64,000 nucleotides of DNA from Nitrospirota bacterium (GCA_963788195.1 CAWBGA010000002.1:96001-160000), one strand, 5' to 3'; numbered from the stretch's first letter, positions 40,626 to 51,897 are shown. Program-made: numbers and translations. The notes: generated from the letters alone by a model not told the origin.

Positions 40626-43349
40626 ATGGGAAAGACTCTTTGGCATACCTTGACCTCCGACGCCATCCTGAAGGAACTGCAGTCAGATGGCGATGACGGG
40701 CTGACTGAGGACGAAGCGCGACGTCGCCTCGCTGAACTCGGCCCCAACGCGTTACCGCAACCCTCGCCAACCTCGCCGCTAAAGCTCTTTCTTCGGCAAT
40801 TTTCCGGCGTGATTGTCTGGGTGCTACTCGGTGCCGCGCTGATCTCGGGCCTACTCGGGGAATGGGTGGACGCCGCGGCGATCATCGCAATCGTGATTGT
40901 CAACGGAATCCTCGGCTTTATACAGGAATACCGAGCCGAGCGGTCTCTCGCCGCTTTGCGCAATCTTGCAGTCGTCATGGCCCGGGCCATCAGAGAAGGT
41001 CAGAGTCGCTCGATCCCTGCCAATGAGCTTGTCCCAGGCGATCTCATCCAGATCGAGGCCGGCGATCGAATTCCAGCCGATGCGCGGCTTATCTATGCAA
41101 CAGGATTGCAGGTGCAGGAGGCCGCGCTCACCGGCGAATCCACGCCAGTGACCAAATCCACGGTGCCCATCGCTGAGGCCGAGGTTCCGCTCGGAGATCG
41201 CCGGAACATGGTGTACACGGGAACGATCGCGGTGTCCGGCAAAGCACGGGCCATCGTCGTGGCGACAGGCATTCATACCGAACTCGGGAAGATCGCTGCG
41301 TTGATTCACAAGGCGAGCGAGGCCGAGCAGGAAGACACACCCCTGCAGCGCCGCCTCCAGCAGTTAGGCCACACCTTGCTCTGGCTGTCCCTCGGCATCG
41401 TGTCGGTGGTCTTTCTGCTCGGCCTAGCGCGCGGCGTTCCGCTCTTTACGATGTTCCTCACATCCGTAAGTCTCGCGGTGGCCGCAATCCCCGAAGGGTT
41501 GCCGGCTGTCGTCACCATCACGCTGGCGCTGGGAGTGACGAGGATGGCGAAGCGTCACGCCCTTATCCGACGCCTCTCGGCAGTCGAGACGCTGGGCTCG
41601 ACCACTGTGATCTGCTCCGATAAGACCGGGACGCTGACAAAGAACGAGATGACAGTGACGACTATCTACCAGGCCGGTGAGATCTTCACGTTGTCAGGGG
41701 AAGGCTATATGCCACAAGGCCAGATCCAGGCATTAAGTGAACAAGTAAAGCTCGAAACGCGCCCCGGGCTCGAGGCTCTGCTCCGCGCGTCAGTGTTGTG
41801 TAACGGAGCCGAGCTCCGGCAAGAAGGCGGAGCTTGGAACATTCTAGGCGACCCGACCGAAGGTGCCCTATTGGTGGCTGCCGCAAAGGCGGGCCTGCGA
41901 AAAGATCCGCTTGAGCAGGAGGCGCCGTTTCTCGGTGAGGTCCCATTTGACTCGGAGCGTAAGAAAATGACCATCGTGCGCCGAACCGAATCGGGCCCTG
42001 TTGCCTTTGTCAAGGGCGCTCCCGATCTCCTCTTACGGGACTGCGGCGGTTGGATGGAAAAGGACGGCCATACGAATGTTCTCACAGATGAGATCCGCAG
42101 GGAAATCGAGGCGGCGAATCAACGCTTCGCCTCGCAGGGGCTGCGCGTGTTGGGCGTCGCCATGCGGCCCCTGGACCGAGAACCAGAAGCCTATGCCGCG
42201 GCAGAACTTGAACGTGACCTGATCTTCCTCGGCCTGATTGCGATGAAAGACCCTGTCCGTCCGGAAGCGAAGCTGGCCGTGAAGCAATGCCGCGGAGCCG
42301 GGATACGGACGGTGATGATTACCGGTGATCACAAAGAGACGGCGGTCGCCATTGCCGGCGAGCTCGGCATAATGGAGCCGGGCATACAGGCGCTCTCTGG
42401 TATTGAATTAGATCTCCTCACCGACGGAGATCTTGCTCAACGAGTGGAGCGGCTAGCCGTTTACGCCCGCGTCTCGGCAGAGCACAAACTGCGCGTCGTG
42501 CGGGCATGGAAAAGCCGAGGCGTCATCGTCGCAATGACTGGTGATGGGGTCAATGATGCGCCGGCCGTGAAGGAAGCGGACATCGGCATTGCGATGGGCC
42601 TCACTGGGACGGATGTGACGAAGGAAGCCGCGGATATGGTGGTGACCGACGACAATTTTGCCTCCATCGCGGCAGCCGTCGAAGAGGGCCGCGCGATTTA
42701 CGATAATATTCGGAAATCGATCCATTACCTTCTGTCGTGCAACATCAGCGAGGTCATGGTGGTGCTGGTCGCTACGCTTGTGGGTCTCCCGCTGCCCTTG
42801 TTGCCGGTCCAGATCCTTTGGATCAATCTTGTAACGGACGGCCTTCCTGCATTGGCATTGGCCGTGGATCCGAAGGACCCCTACTTGATGCGCCGCGCCC
42901 CGCGGCGCCCGCAAGAACGCGTTCTCGAGAGAGATGGGATGTTTCGAATATTCGGACAAGGTCTCCTTATGACCGTGATTACGATCCTCGTCTTTGTGTA
43001 CTCTCTCTACAGCATGCACCAAGATCTCGAGCGAGCAAGAACGTTGGCTTTTATGGTCCTCGTCGGGGTGCAGCTTGCGCACGCATTTAACTGCCGGAGC
43101 GATCGGGAATCGCTCTTCACGCTTGGATTCTGGACGAACAAGCCGCTGTTAGTGGCGATCGCTGGTGTCACCGCTCTGCAGGTGGCGATTATGGTGCACC
43201 CCTGGAGCCGAGATATTTTCAAAGTCACTCAACTGAATCCCGAGGAGTGGATCCTAGCGTTCGCCGCCGGAGGTGTCATAATTGTTGCCATCGAGACCTG
43301 GAAGGCGGCCTCCCGGCTGCGATCCGGCGCCGGATCGGCGGAGGCCTGA
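40626..43349 (+). CDS. Cation-transporting P-type ATPase, type IIA (Ca2+-like)
   Basis: TGES, IPEGL, DKTGTLT, KGAP, TGD, MTGDGVNDAPA, WINLVTDGLPA. Confidence 0.96.
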   Translation: MGKTLWHTLTSDAILKELQSDGDDGLTEDEARRRLAELGPNALPQPSPTSPLKLFLRQFSGVIVWVLLGAALISGLLGEWVDAAAIIAIVIVNGILGFIQEYRAERSLAALRNLAVVMARAIREGQSRSIPANELVPGDLIQIEAGDRIPADARLIYATGLQVQEAALTGESTPVTKSTVPIAEAEVPLGDRRNMVYTGTIAVSGKARAIVVATGIHTELGKIAALIHKASEAEQEDTPLQRRLQQLGHTLLWLSLGIVSVVFLLGLARGVPLFTMFLTSVSLAVAAIPEGLPAVVTITLALGVTRMAKRHALIRRLSAVETLGSTTVICSDKTGTLTKNEMTVTTIYQAGEIFTLSGEGYMPQGQIQALSEQVKLETRPGLEALLRASVLCNGAELRQEGGAWNILGDPTEGALLVAAAKAGLRKDPLEQEAPFLGEVPFDSERKKMTIVRRTESGPVAFVKGAPDLLLRDCGGWMEKDGHTNVLTDEIRREIEAANQRFASQGLRVLGVAMRPLDREPEAYAAAELERDLIFLGLIAMKDPVRPEAKLAVKQCRGAGIRTVMITGDHKETAVAIAGELGIMEPGIQALSGIELDLLTDGDLAQRVERLAVYARVSAEHKLRVVRAWKSRGVIVAMTGDGVNDAPAVKEADIGIAMGLTGTDVTKEAADMVVTDDNFASIAAAVEEGRAIYDNIRKSIHYLLSCNISEVMVVLVATLVGLPLPLLPVQILWINLVTDGLPALALAVDPKDPYLMRRAPRRPQERVLERDGMFRIFGQGLLMTVITILVFVYSLYSMHQDLERARTLAFMVLVGVQLAHAFNCRSDRESLFTLGFWTNKPLLVAIAGVTALQVAIMVHPWSRDIFKVTQLNPEEWILAFAAGGVIIVAIETWKAASRLRSGAGSAEA

Positions 43350-43873
43350 TCGAGGTGAAGGAATAATGCCAGCCTCCGGCGATTTGAGGTAAGAGTCCTG
43401 CTACACGGGGAAAGAATAGAGTCGATAAGCAATTTCAAATAATCGAAGTGCCGTCAGCCGGGCGTGGTGATCCGCTACGTTGACCAGACGAAACATATTG
43501 GGTAGTAGGCTTCCCACCAACACCGCGCTCAGAATTCTGATTCTCGCCGTCATCGTTCAACTCCCTTGGCAGAACCGCTGCAATAGAAATCAGCAACCGC
43601 TATGCCAAAAACGGCCCGCTGGATTAACAACGGAATATCATCGAATATGGGCACCTACGGGGACTGCGTACCCCACAGTGGGATGTCGCCGATATCTACG
43701 GGGATACAGAGGAGGTGAGTTTAGATACGCGTGTTAAAGCCAATCAAACAGCCCAGACTCGCACAGACGAGCCCGGTGGACGAGAACAATCCTTAAAAGC
43801 TCGCCGGGACATTCGGGAACGCCGGACAGTGTGATGGTTGATCCTGTTCGTTCAGTATGTGATATTTCAGGAA

Positions 43874-43964
43874 GGAGGGGTGGCTGAGTGGACGAAAGCG
43901 GCGGCCTTGAAAGCCGTTGAAGGCCATGTGTCTTCCGTGGGTTCGAATCCTACCCCCTCCGCCA
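43874..43964 (+). tRNA. tRNA-Ser(TGA)
   Basis: GGAGGGGTGGCTGAGTGG..anticodon loop CTTGAAA, long variable arm, GGTTCGAATCC, CCA end. Confidence 0.96.
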
Positions 43965-44328
43965 GCGATTCTGTATTTACGCCTAAGGTATGAGCGATCT
44001 AAGCGAGTTACCCATCATCAGACCCATCAATAACGAAGCAGTGGGGAGAGTCGCGCCGCCGTGATTTTTGGCTCATTCTTTTCCGAAATTTCAGGCTCAT
44101 CGGCCAGATTGACCAATTTCTGGAAAAAAGCCCGCCTTAAAATCGCCTGAGTCTTGGAGGGATTCTGGGTCGCCAAAATGTGGGACTCCGGTATAGGGTG
44201 GGACTCCGAAGATGGCCCCCTCCCCCCTTGATAATACGTACGGCATCCATAATACCCACACCGCTGCCGTCAGACTTATGGTATTCTAACTGCATAAATA
44301 CCCTTAAATCTGGTGATACGGGCAAGCC

Positions 44329-44772
44329 ATGGACTATCGTCTTCTCGCATTGGTGCCGTTGGTTCCTATCCTCATGGGGTCCGGCTCCATCAAACTCTAC
44401 GATACCGACTCAAAAACCACCTTTACGATGGTCGAGCCGATGGATTGCACGGTCATAAAGACCGCGGCCAATGGCATTACGTTGGGCTTTAAATTCGGCG
44501 CGTTCTTCATCGGAGTGGGGCCGGAAGTCACGTTCGGTGACCGCGAGCACGTAAAATGGGAAGAAGCGGTGCAGGGCCTCATTGTCCAGTACAAAGAACT
44601 CTGTGCCCGCTTCAATACCGGGGCTCTCTCCAAGAAAGGATATGAAACCCGGTTGCGGGAACTCGACCAGGCCTTTCAACAAACGCGAAAAGAGCTGGTT
44701 CAGGGTCCCAACGAACGAGCCGACCGCATGTTCGATCGGCTCCAGAACGAAGAACAGACTCACCGTAAGTAA
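44329..44772 (+). CDS. Hypothetical exported protein
   Basis: 147-aa ORF with hydrophobic N-terminus, two Cys and a helical C-terminus. Confidence 0.6.
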   Translation: MDYRLLALVPLVPILMGSGSIKLYDTDSKTTFTMVEPMDCTVIKTAANGITLGFKFGAFFIGVGPEVTFGDREHVKWEEAVQGLIVQYKELCARFNTGALSKKGYETRLRELDQAFQQTRKELVQGPNERADRMFDRLQNEEQTHRK

Positions 44773-44821
44773 CTCTTAAAGCGGCCCAAAGCCGGTTGCA
44801 CAGCCGGTCAGTGCAGGCGAC

Positions 44822-44939
44822 GGCAAGGGGTGCCCCGGACAGATTCCTTTGCCGCCTATTACACCCACCCGCCCTGGAGTTTGCCAAGACAAACTCCCTT
44901 GCCCCTGGGCCTGACGATTATTTAAGGCCGCCGGGTAGT
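44822..44939. repeat. Modular REP-like element downstream of serS
   Basis: 51-bp unit 44858-44908 is the inverted copy (3 mismatches) of 46280-46330; also an inverted copy of the 33-bp unit. Confidence 0.85.
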
Positions 44940-44940
44940 G

Positions 44941-46212
44941 TCATTTTTGAATCTTTTCCAATCCACCAAGGTAGGGTCGAAGGGCCTCGGGAATGACTAC
45001 TGTTCCATCCGCCTGCTGGTAGTTTTCGAGAATCGCCACAAACGTGCGGCCGGCCGCCAGGCCCGATCCGTTCAATGTGTGAACGAACTCTCCCTTGCCG
45101 TCCGGACGCTTATAGCGGATTTGCGCGCGGCGAGCCTGAAAGGCCTCGAAGTTGCTGCACGATGACACTTCGCGGAACATGCCCTGCGAGGGTAGCCAAA
45201 CTTCGATGTCGTAAGTCTTCGCGGCTGAAAAGCCGAGGTCTGCTGTGCACAGTGAAACAACACGATAGTGCAGATTGAGCCTTTTCAACACCTCCTCGGC
45301 GTGCGCCGTAAGTCGCTCCAGTTCATCATAGGATGTTTGCGGATCACTAAATGTCACCAACTCCACCTTGTTGAACTGATGCTGTCGGATGAGGCCCCGG
45401 GTATCCTTCCCGTACGACCCTGCTTCGCGCCGGAAACATGGGGTACAGGCGGTGTACCGCAGCGGGAGACACCGATGATCCAGTGTCTCTTCGCGATGAA
45501 GGTTCGTCAACGGCACTTCTGCCGTGGGGATCAGAAAATAATCCTCGTCCTTGAGTCGAAAAAGGTCATCCTCGAATTTGGGGAGTTGTCCGGTGGCGGT
45601 CATACTCGCCCGATTTACGAGAAACGGGGGAATGACTTCGCGGTAGCCGTGTTGCTTGGTATGCAGGTCCAGCATGAAATTGATCAAGGCACGCTCAAGC
45701 TGCGCGCCCGCGCCGCTGTATACCGCGAAACGGGCGCCCGTCATGCGAGCGGCCCGCTCAAAGTCGAGGATCCCGAGGTGCTCGCCCAAGTCCCAATGGG
45801 GTTTCGGCTGGAAGGCCATGGGTGGAGGGGTTCCCCATCGGCGGAGCTCTACATTCTCGGAAGAATCTTTCCCGGCCGGGACGCTGTCATGAGGCAGATT
45901 AGGGAGGCCGAGCGAGATCGCACTGAATTGCTCTTCGGATTCGCGGAGGGTTTCTTCGAGGACCTTGATGCGGTCCCCCACCACTTTCATCTCTTCCACT
46001 AATGATTCCGCCGGGTGCTTCTCGCGTTTCAGCTTGGCAATCTTCTCCGAGGCCGTGCGTCGCTCGGCGCGCAGTTCCTCGACTTTGGTCAGCAACGCGC
46101 GGCGCTCCCGGTCGAGCTTGAACAACGTGTCCCAGTCGACGTGCTGTCCCCGGGATCCGAGGAGACGTCGGACGTCATCGGGCTTTTCCTTAATCAATCG
46201 GGGATCGAGCAT
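44941..46212 (-). CDS. serS: Serine--tRNA ligase
   Basis: [55 protein letters not shown]. Confidence 0.97.
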   Translation of the reverse strand: MLDPRLIKEKPDDVRRLLGSRGQHVDWDTLFKLDRERRALLTKVEELRAERRTASEKIAKLKREKHPAESLVEEMKVVGDRIKVLEETLRESEEQFSAISLGLPNLPHDSVPAGKDSSENVELRRWGTPPPMAFQPKPHWDLGEHLGILDFERAARMTGARFAVYSGAGAQLERALINFMLDLHTKQHGYREVIPPFLVNRASMTATGQLPKFEDDLFRLKDEDYFLIPTAEVPLTNLHREETLDHRCLPLRYTACTPCFRREAGSYGKDTRGLIRQHQFNKVELVTFSDPQTSYDELERLTAHAEEVLKRLNLHYRVVSLCTADLGFSAAKTYDIEVWLPSQGMFREVSSCSNFEAFQARRAQIRYKRPDGKGEFVHTLNGSGLAAGRTFVAILENYQQADGTVVIPEALRPYLGGLEKIQK

Positions 46213-46279
46213 AATCGCGCAACAATAACACCCGTTTTCAGAATCAGTCAATTAACGGATGCACGGGAAAAGCGGCTGT

Positions 46280-46537
46280 CCAGGGGCAAAGGAGTTTGTC
46301 TTGGCAAACTCCAGGGTGGGTGGGTGCAATGGCAGCTGCGGGGAAGGGCGGGTGTAATGGCGCGTCCAGAGGAAGAGCTGGTGTGGCGGGTACAATGGCG
46401 AACTCTCGGGTGGGTTGGGAGTGGGATTCAAATCAAAGATCAGAGAAACTATCCCGAGCAAGCTTTGCTTGGTGGGCGGGTGCAACAGGGGAAAAGAAAC
46501 TTGTCTTGGCAAGTTTCAGGGCGGGTGGGTGCGATGG
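46280..46537. repeat. Modular REP-like element in the serS-rph divergent region
   Basis: ggagtttgtcttggcaaactcc and gaaacttgtcttggcaagtttc hairpins, each followed by agggYgggtgggtgc; several gggcgggtgYaa units. Confidence 0.85.
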
Positions 46538-46601
46538 CAAGGGGCGCGTCCCGGCGCAATTCATTGCGTCGCTCGTGAACGGGCGCGTATAATGCCTGGA
46601 T

Positions 46602-47342
46602 ATGCCTGATGTGAGTTTAATTCGCATCGACGGCCGCCGTTCCGAAGAACTGCGCCCCGTGACGATCCATCGATCCTTCATTAAGTACGCCGAAGGATCA
46701 GTGCTCATCGAAATGGGGGCAACAAAGGTAATCTGTACGGCCACGGTCGAAGAAAAGGTGCCTCAGTTTCTGCGGGGGCAGAACCGCGGCTGGGTAACCG
46801 CGGAATATGCGATGATTCCTCGCGCCACGCCGGAGCGAGTCCCGCGCGAAGCCACCAAAGGCAAACAAGGCGGGAGAACTCTTGAGATCCAACGACTGAT
46901 CGGCCGCTCACTTCGCGCGGTGACCGATATGGACCTTCTCGGCGAGCGGACATTCTGGATCGATTGCGATGTCATACAAGCCGACGGAGGCACGCGCACG
47001 GCATCAATCACCGGGGCCTTTGTCGCCCTTGCCGATGCCATTACTGTCGTACGGCAGAAGGGACTGATCAAGAAGAACCCGCTTAAGGATTATCTGGCCG
47101 CCGTGAGTGTCGGCAAAGTGGCGGGCAACATGTTGACGGACCTCTGCTACGCGGAAGACTGCGTGGCGGATGTTGATCTGAATCTGATCATGACGGGCAA
47201 GGGTGAGTACGTCGAGGTCCAAGGCACCGCCGAGCGCGCGCCTTTCTCCCACGTGGAGCTGCAAAAGTTTTTGGAGCTGGGATGGAACGGCATCAAGGCG
47301 CTTGTCGAAATGCAACGGGAACTGCTGGGGGACCTGCGCTGA
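46602..47342 (+). CDS. rph: Ribonuclease PH
   Basis: R.DGR...[54 protein letters not shown]. Confidence 0.97.
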   Translation: MPDVSLIRIDGRRSEELRPVTIHRSFIKYAEGSVLIEMGATKVICTATVEEKVPQFLRGQNRGWVTAEYAMIPRATPERVPREATKGKQGGRTLEIQRLIGRSLRAVTDMDLLGERTFWIDCDVIQADGGTRTASITGAFVALADAITVVRQKGLIKKNPLKDYLAAVSVGKVAGNMLTDLCYAEDCVADVDLNLIMTGKGEYVEVQGTAERAPFSHVELQKFLELGWNGIKALVEMQRELLGDLR

Positions 47343-47934
47343 TTACGGAGCTCGTGCTCGCGACCCAAAATCCGCACAAGGTCGTCGAAATGCGGAACAT
47401 GCTGACGGATCTTGGTATTCAGGTCCGATCATTGGCTGAATTTGACGGCGCTCCGGAAGTGATCGAGGATGGAACGACTTACGCGGAAAACGCGCTCAAG
47501 AAGGCCCGATCGGCGATGGCATTTACCGGAAAACCGGCTCTGGCGGATGACACTGGCCTCGAGGTGGAGGCGCTCGATGGCCGTCCTGGAGTTCATGCCG
47601 CTCGATTCGCCGGAGAGCATTGCAGTTTTCAGGACAATATCAAGAAGCTGCTGGGTCTCCTGAAAGGGATCCCCGCAGAGCGAAGAGGCGCGCGGTTCAT
47701 CTCCGTGTTGGCTCTGGTGACGCCTGACGGTCGTGAGGAGGTCGTCCGAGGGGAATTAGAAGGTCGCATCACGGAAGAACCAACCGGTGTCGGCGGGTTT
47801 GGATACGATCCTGTGTTCTTTTCTGTGGAAGCGGGAAAGACCTTGGCGGAAATGAGCCCAAAAGAGAAGAATCGCATCAGTCACCGGGGTCGCGCTGTCG
47901 AGATGGCGCGGGAATTATTTAAACGGCGAACGAT

Positions 47935-47944
<10 letters not shown>
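47339..47944 (+). CDS. rdgB: dITP/XTP pyrophosphatase (RdgB/HAM1)
   Basis: LAT.N.HK..E, ENA.KKA, ADDTGL.V.ALDG.PGV..ARF, GFGYDP.F, KNRISHR; probable CTG start overlapping the rph stop. Confidence 0.94.
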
Positions 47945-48011
<67 letters not shown>

Positions 48012-48013
48012 CT

Positions 48014-48192
48014 TTACACCCGCCCGCCCCGCGCCCGCCGGGACGGGCGCTTTTCGCATGGCGCTCCGCGGCCAAGACCTCGTCGCTGAGGAGGCCGCAG
48101 GCGCCATAAGCAGGAGAGGTTTGAAGCCGGCGAGCGCCGACCACGTTGCACCCGCCCACCCCGCCGCGCCATTACACCCAACCCGCCCCGAG
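48014..48192. repeat. REP-like element after tRNA-Pro
   Basis: tacacccgccc units and a gcccgccgggacgggc hairpin; related copy at about 51745-51780. Confidence 0.7.
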
Positions 48193-48238
48193 CCTGAAAC
48201 AGGCTCTACTTCCGTTGGACAGCGCCTTGTCCCGTGGC

Positions 48239-50824
48239 CTATTGCTCTAACACTCCTCGTACGCTGTTCAGTAGGGTTTCTAATTTAAAAGGTTTTGGCA
48301 GAAAGGGCATTCCCGCCTGGAGTACGCCGTCTCGAAAAATGGCATCGTCCGTGTACCCCGATACATACAGGACCTTCATTTCCGGGCGTGACTCGGTAAG
48401 ACATTCTGCCAGCTCTCTCCCGTTCATGCCAGGCATGACAACATCCGTCACCATGAGATGAATAGGACCTTCGTACTTTCCGCAAACCTGGAACGCCTCC
48501 TTGCCATGGCAGGCTTGCAGAACCTTGTACCCATCACGTTCCAGAATCTCCATCGTCATTGCCCTGACTGCATCCTCGTCTTCCACGACGAGCACGGTTT
48601 CTGATCGCTGCGGATGCGAGATCATGTTTTGTTTCAGTTCGACGGTCGGCACGACGCCTTCCTCAACTCGCGGGAGATATACTTTGAACGTGGTACCTTT
48701 TCCGACTTCACTGGACAGGACAATCCTTCCTCCACTCTGATTCACAATCCCGTACACTGTAGACAAGCCCAGCCCGGTTCCTTTGCCTTCCTCCTTGGTC
48801 GTGAAGAACGGCTCGAAGACGTGCGCTTGCGTTTCAGAATCCATTCCACATCCCGTATCAGACACGGTCAATAAGACACAAGAACTGTTCCCTGAGTGCT
48901 GCTTAGTACCGTCCACACCGTTCGTGATGGCAATGGTAAGTTTGCCGCCTTGGAGCATGGCATCGCGAGCATTGACTACTAAATTCATAATAATTTGTTC
49001 AATTTGACCGGCGTCAGCTTTAACAAATCCTGATATCGGAACTGGAACAACAATGAGTTCAATATCTTCTCCAATAATCCTTCGAAGTAACGGCGCGAGG
49101 TTGGTGACTACCATATTGAGGTCTATTACCTGCGGCAAACGGATCTGCTTACGACTAAAGGCGAGGAGTTGTTGCGTCACGAGGGTCGCCCCCTGACTGG
49201 CTTTGACGATAGCTTCTGCATATTCCCGGTGCGTCCCGTCGGGTTGGCTCTGAAGCACAAGTGAGCTATATCCCATAATGACGGTCAAATAGTTGTTGAA
49301 GTCATGAGCAACTCCGCCCGCCAGTTGCCCAATGGCTTCCATTTTCACCGCTTGACGTAATTCTTCTTGGCTCTGACGTAATGCCTCCTCCGCCGCCTTA
49401 CGAGGAGTAATGTCACGAAAGATGAGAATTATGCCGAGGATGTTTCCCTGAGAATTTCTGATCGGGGCGCCGCTGTACTCTATAGGGATTTCGCTTCCGT
49501 CTTTGGACACCACTAAGGTATGATCTGACGCTCCCACGATCACGCCTTCATCGATAATCTTCTCGACCAAACCGAACAGGGGTGTGTTCTTTTCTTTGCC
49601 CAAGATTCTGATGATCTCGGGTAAAGGTCGACCTAGGGCTTCTGTCTGTGGCTTTACAAGCGACTCCGCAACTCTATTCATGGACACGATCCGGCCGTCT
49701 TTGTCGGTAGCAATCACAGCGTCAGTGATACTCATGAGCGTGGTGGATAGCCACTCTTCACTTTCTTGTGTACGTGTCCATTCTGTGTGAACCCGTCCCG
49801 TCGTCCAGAGAAGGACCGAAAAGATCGGCAGACAAATGATGAGGCCTATCACACCCAGTTTCCAGAGAACCGATCGTACGGGCGTTAAGATATCACTGCG
49901 GTCCATACGAAGGAGTATTCCCCAATGGAAACCCTTAAAATCTCCATGCCCTTTCGTTTGAGCGTAACCAGTTATGACCGGCAGGTGACGCCGAAGATGC
50001 ATCTCCTCTACGTAGCCTGATTGTCCTGTATCCACGAAAAGAGCGGAGGGCAATCCTATTTGTTTGAGGTTTACCCTGCCCTCTTGCCTTAGCGCTGAAT
50101 CGACGATGATCTCTCCATTGCGTGAAAGGAACTGGTACTCCAGCCGAGGCGAGGTTCCTAACCTGTCTAAGACCTCTTTTGTCGACGTGAAAATATCCTC
50201 AAGAGAGGTCAGTCCTACCCGGGTTGTCAGCGCGCCGAGAAATTCATTCCGATCCCCCTTGATTGGCGCTGTGAATGCGAGGGCAGGAATACCCCCGGTC
50301 TCTTGATAAATCTGTACATCCTGCGCATCGACGTCCTTTCCTTGACTGACCGCTTGAAACCATGGTTTCCGGCTCATGTCCTTGCCGATGTCCGTCGGGT
50401 CTGTGGCAGCCACAATTCGTCCCTTCGCATCGGTCGCAGCCAGCCAGCGGTAACTAGAGTCGGTTCTTTTCATCCAAACAAGATACTCGGTAAGAGAAAC
50501 TGTATTATGTTTACGGAGAGCCTTTGCTGCCTTTCGTACGTCCCTGGATCGCTCGTACAAAATGAGATCAAGCTTGTCGGCGATGTTGGCGGCGGCAAAA
50601 GCCAGGCTCTCCCCGGTAGTCGCGACGAGTCGTACCTCCAGATAATAAAGAGCCATGGCCCCCAGAAGCAGCCCCACGCTCATCATCAGAAGTGTGAGAC
50701 CACGCAAATACGCGTACGGATGTTTTTGTGGGGCCGGGACGCGTTTGCCGGAGAAAGCTTGTAGGTGTGTTATCCTATGGATGGCGGCAGAAAGGGACGG
50801 CAGTGAAAAATACGTTTTTACCAA
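48239..50824 (-). CDS. Hybrid sensor histidine kinase (Cache-like periplasmic domain, PAS, HisKA, HATPase, receiver); start uncertain
   Basis: Two TMs; KMEAIGQLAGGVAHDFNN; QIIMNLVVNARDAM; DTGCGM; FEPFFTTK..GKGTGLGL; receiver VVEDE..TDVVMP..FLPKPF. Confidence 0.93.
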   Translation of the reverse strand: MVKTYFSLPSLSAAIHRITHLQAFSGKRVPAPQKHPYAYLRGLTLLMMSVGLLLGAMALYYLEVRLVATTGESLAFAAANIADKLDLILYERSRDVRKAAKALRKHNTVSLTEYLVWMKRTDSSYRWLAATDAKGRIVAATDPTDIGKDMSRKPWFQAVSQGKDVDAQDVQIYQETGGIPALAFTAPIKGDRNEFLGALTTRVGLTSLEDIFTSTKEVLDRLGTSPRLEYQFLSRNGEIIVDSALRQEGRVNLKQIGLPSALFVDTGQSGYVEEMHLRRHLPVITGYAQTKGHGDFKGFHWGILLRMDRSDILTPVRSVLWKLGVIGLIICLPIFSVLLWTTGRVHTEWTRTQESEEWLSTTLMSITDAVIATDKDGRIVSMNRVAESLVKPQTEALGRPLPEIIRILGKEKNTPLFGLVEKIIDEGVIVGASDHTLVVSKDGSEIPIEYSGAPIRNSQGNILGIILIFRDITPRKAAEEALRQSQEELRQAVKMEAIGQLAGGVAHDFNNYLTVIMGYSSLVLQSQPDGTHREYAEAIVKASQGATLVTQQLLAFSRKQIRLPQVIDLNMVVTNLAPLLRRIIGEDIELIVVPVPISGFVKADAGQIEQIIMNLVVNARDAMLQGGKLTIAITNGVDGTKQHSGNSSCVLLTVSDTGCGMDSETQAHVFEPFFTTKEEGKGTGLGLSTVYGIVNQSGGRIVLSSEVGKGTTFKVYLPRVEEGVVPTVELKQNMISHPQRSETVLVVEDEDAVRAMTMEILERDGYKVLQACHGKEAFQVCGKYEGPIHLMVTDVVMPGMNGRELAECLTESRPEMKVLYVSGYTDDAIFRDGVLQAGMPFLPKPFKLETLLNSVRGVLEQ

Positions 50825-51708
50825 GACATGTACCTAATTATTATTATCTATCAACCCTTATCCTGTCTCTCTTGGTAACGGCATGTCAAGGAACAAGTCG
50901 TACGGCGGACAACGCCGACGGTCCCAGCGCACTGCAAGCCAAGAGGGTAGAATTCACATCGCCCGCGAACTATCGGCTAGCAGAGGCGATCACCATTGTT
51001 GACTTTAAAGAGGTTTTTCTAGGTGCGAAGGTTATTTCCGTCCCAGTCACCTGGGACATCGCAAGTAAGTCGGATACAATCAAAGCGATTAAGTTCGTAG
51101 GCGAGAGGGCACAGCCGTTCGCGGCACAACTGATTCGCAGCTCTGATAAAAAAAAGGCCCACTCTCATGTATTCTTTGTTTTCTCTCCATCCAAAGCCGG
51201 ACGGTTTGAAGCACTTGCGACACCAACCCTCGCTGATGATGTGCGTGTCGAGGGGATCAAGCTTCGTGGAATCGGCGTGGCAGTCCTAAATCAAGGAAAG
51301 CTAATGAGCTATGACATTCCGGATTCACTCAAAAAGGGCTTGGATTTCGGTAGAATACCGGCCGGAACATCGGTTCAACGTAAGTTCCAAGTGAAGAATC
51401 TTGACACCTTGCATGCTGTCGAAGTGTCCGATGTGATCGTTTCATCCGACTTCGAGGTCAAAACCGTGAAGGTCTCCGCTTCGGTCATCCATCAGGGACC
51501 GGTGCGATCTTTCAAAATTCCCAAGGGTCAGACGGCTGAGGTTACTATTGAATTTAAGCCGCCTGCGGGTTTTCAGGATAATGAGAAATTGTTTACAGGT
51601 TCTTTAGAGTTCCGAAGCAGTACCGGAACGAGTCGAACGGGGATCACATTGTGCGGTATAGCGTTCCACCCACCCCATGCTGAATCCATCCCTGGATGTT
51701 ACGAGTAA
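50803..51708 (+). CDS. Putative lipoprotein with Ig-like (ASH/choice-of-anchor D-like) domains
   Basis: Lipobox LVTAC; LDFG......RKF.VKN and I..GQT.EV.IEFKP..GSL..I.L.G patterns; GTG start assumed. Confidence 0.6.
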   Translation: MKNTFLPRHVPNYYYLSTLILSLLVTACQGTSRTADNADGPSALQAKRVEFTSPANYRLAEAITIVDFKEVFLGAKVISVPVTWDIASKSDTIKAIKFVGERAQPFAAQLIRSSDKKKAHSHVFFVFSPSKAGRFEALATPTLADDVRVEGIKLRGIGVAVLNQGKLMSYDIPDSLKKGLDFGRIPAGTSVQRKFQVKNLDTLHAVEVSDVIVSSDFEVKTVKVSASVIHQGPVRSFKIPKGQTAEVTIEFKPPAGFQDNEKLFTGSLEFRSSTGTSRTGITLCGIAFHPPHAESIPGCYE

Positions 51709-51822
51709 CAGTTGAGGGGAAATCCGCTCGCCCTGGAATTCCATTTCACCCACCCACCCCGGCCCCGCCGGGACGGGGCCTTGGCCCGTGGGACAAACTC
51801 CTTTTCCCCCATCGTACCCCAC

Positions 51823-51852
51823 TTGACATTGTTCTAGTTAGAACTATATATC
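51823..51852 (+). promoter_or_regulatory. Pirin promoter with palindromic operator between -35 and -10
   Basis: TTGACA at 51823-51828; GTTCTA-GT-TAGAAC inverted repeat at 51831-51844; TATAT follows. Confidence 0.7.
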
Positions 51853-51897
51853 CATAACACGCGGGTAGCACGAGATCCCTTGAGATCGGAGGACACC

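Noticed and set aside
43874..43964. Selenocysteine or suppressor tRNA
   Set aside because: The anticodon reads TGA (decodes UCA, Ser), not TCA, and the acceptor stem is a normal 7 bp.
46015..46744. ORFs in the serS-rph intergenic region
   Set aside because: They translate REP-like repeat sequence (G/W/R-rich) and overlap real genes.
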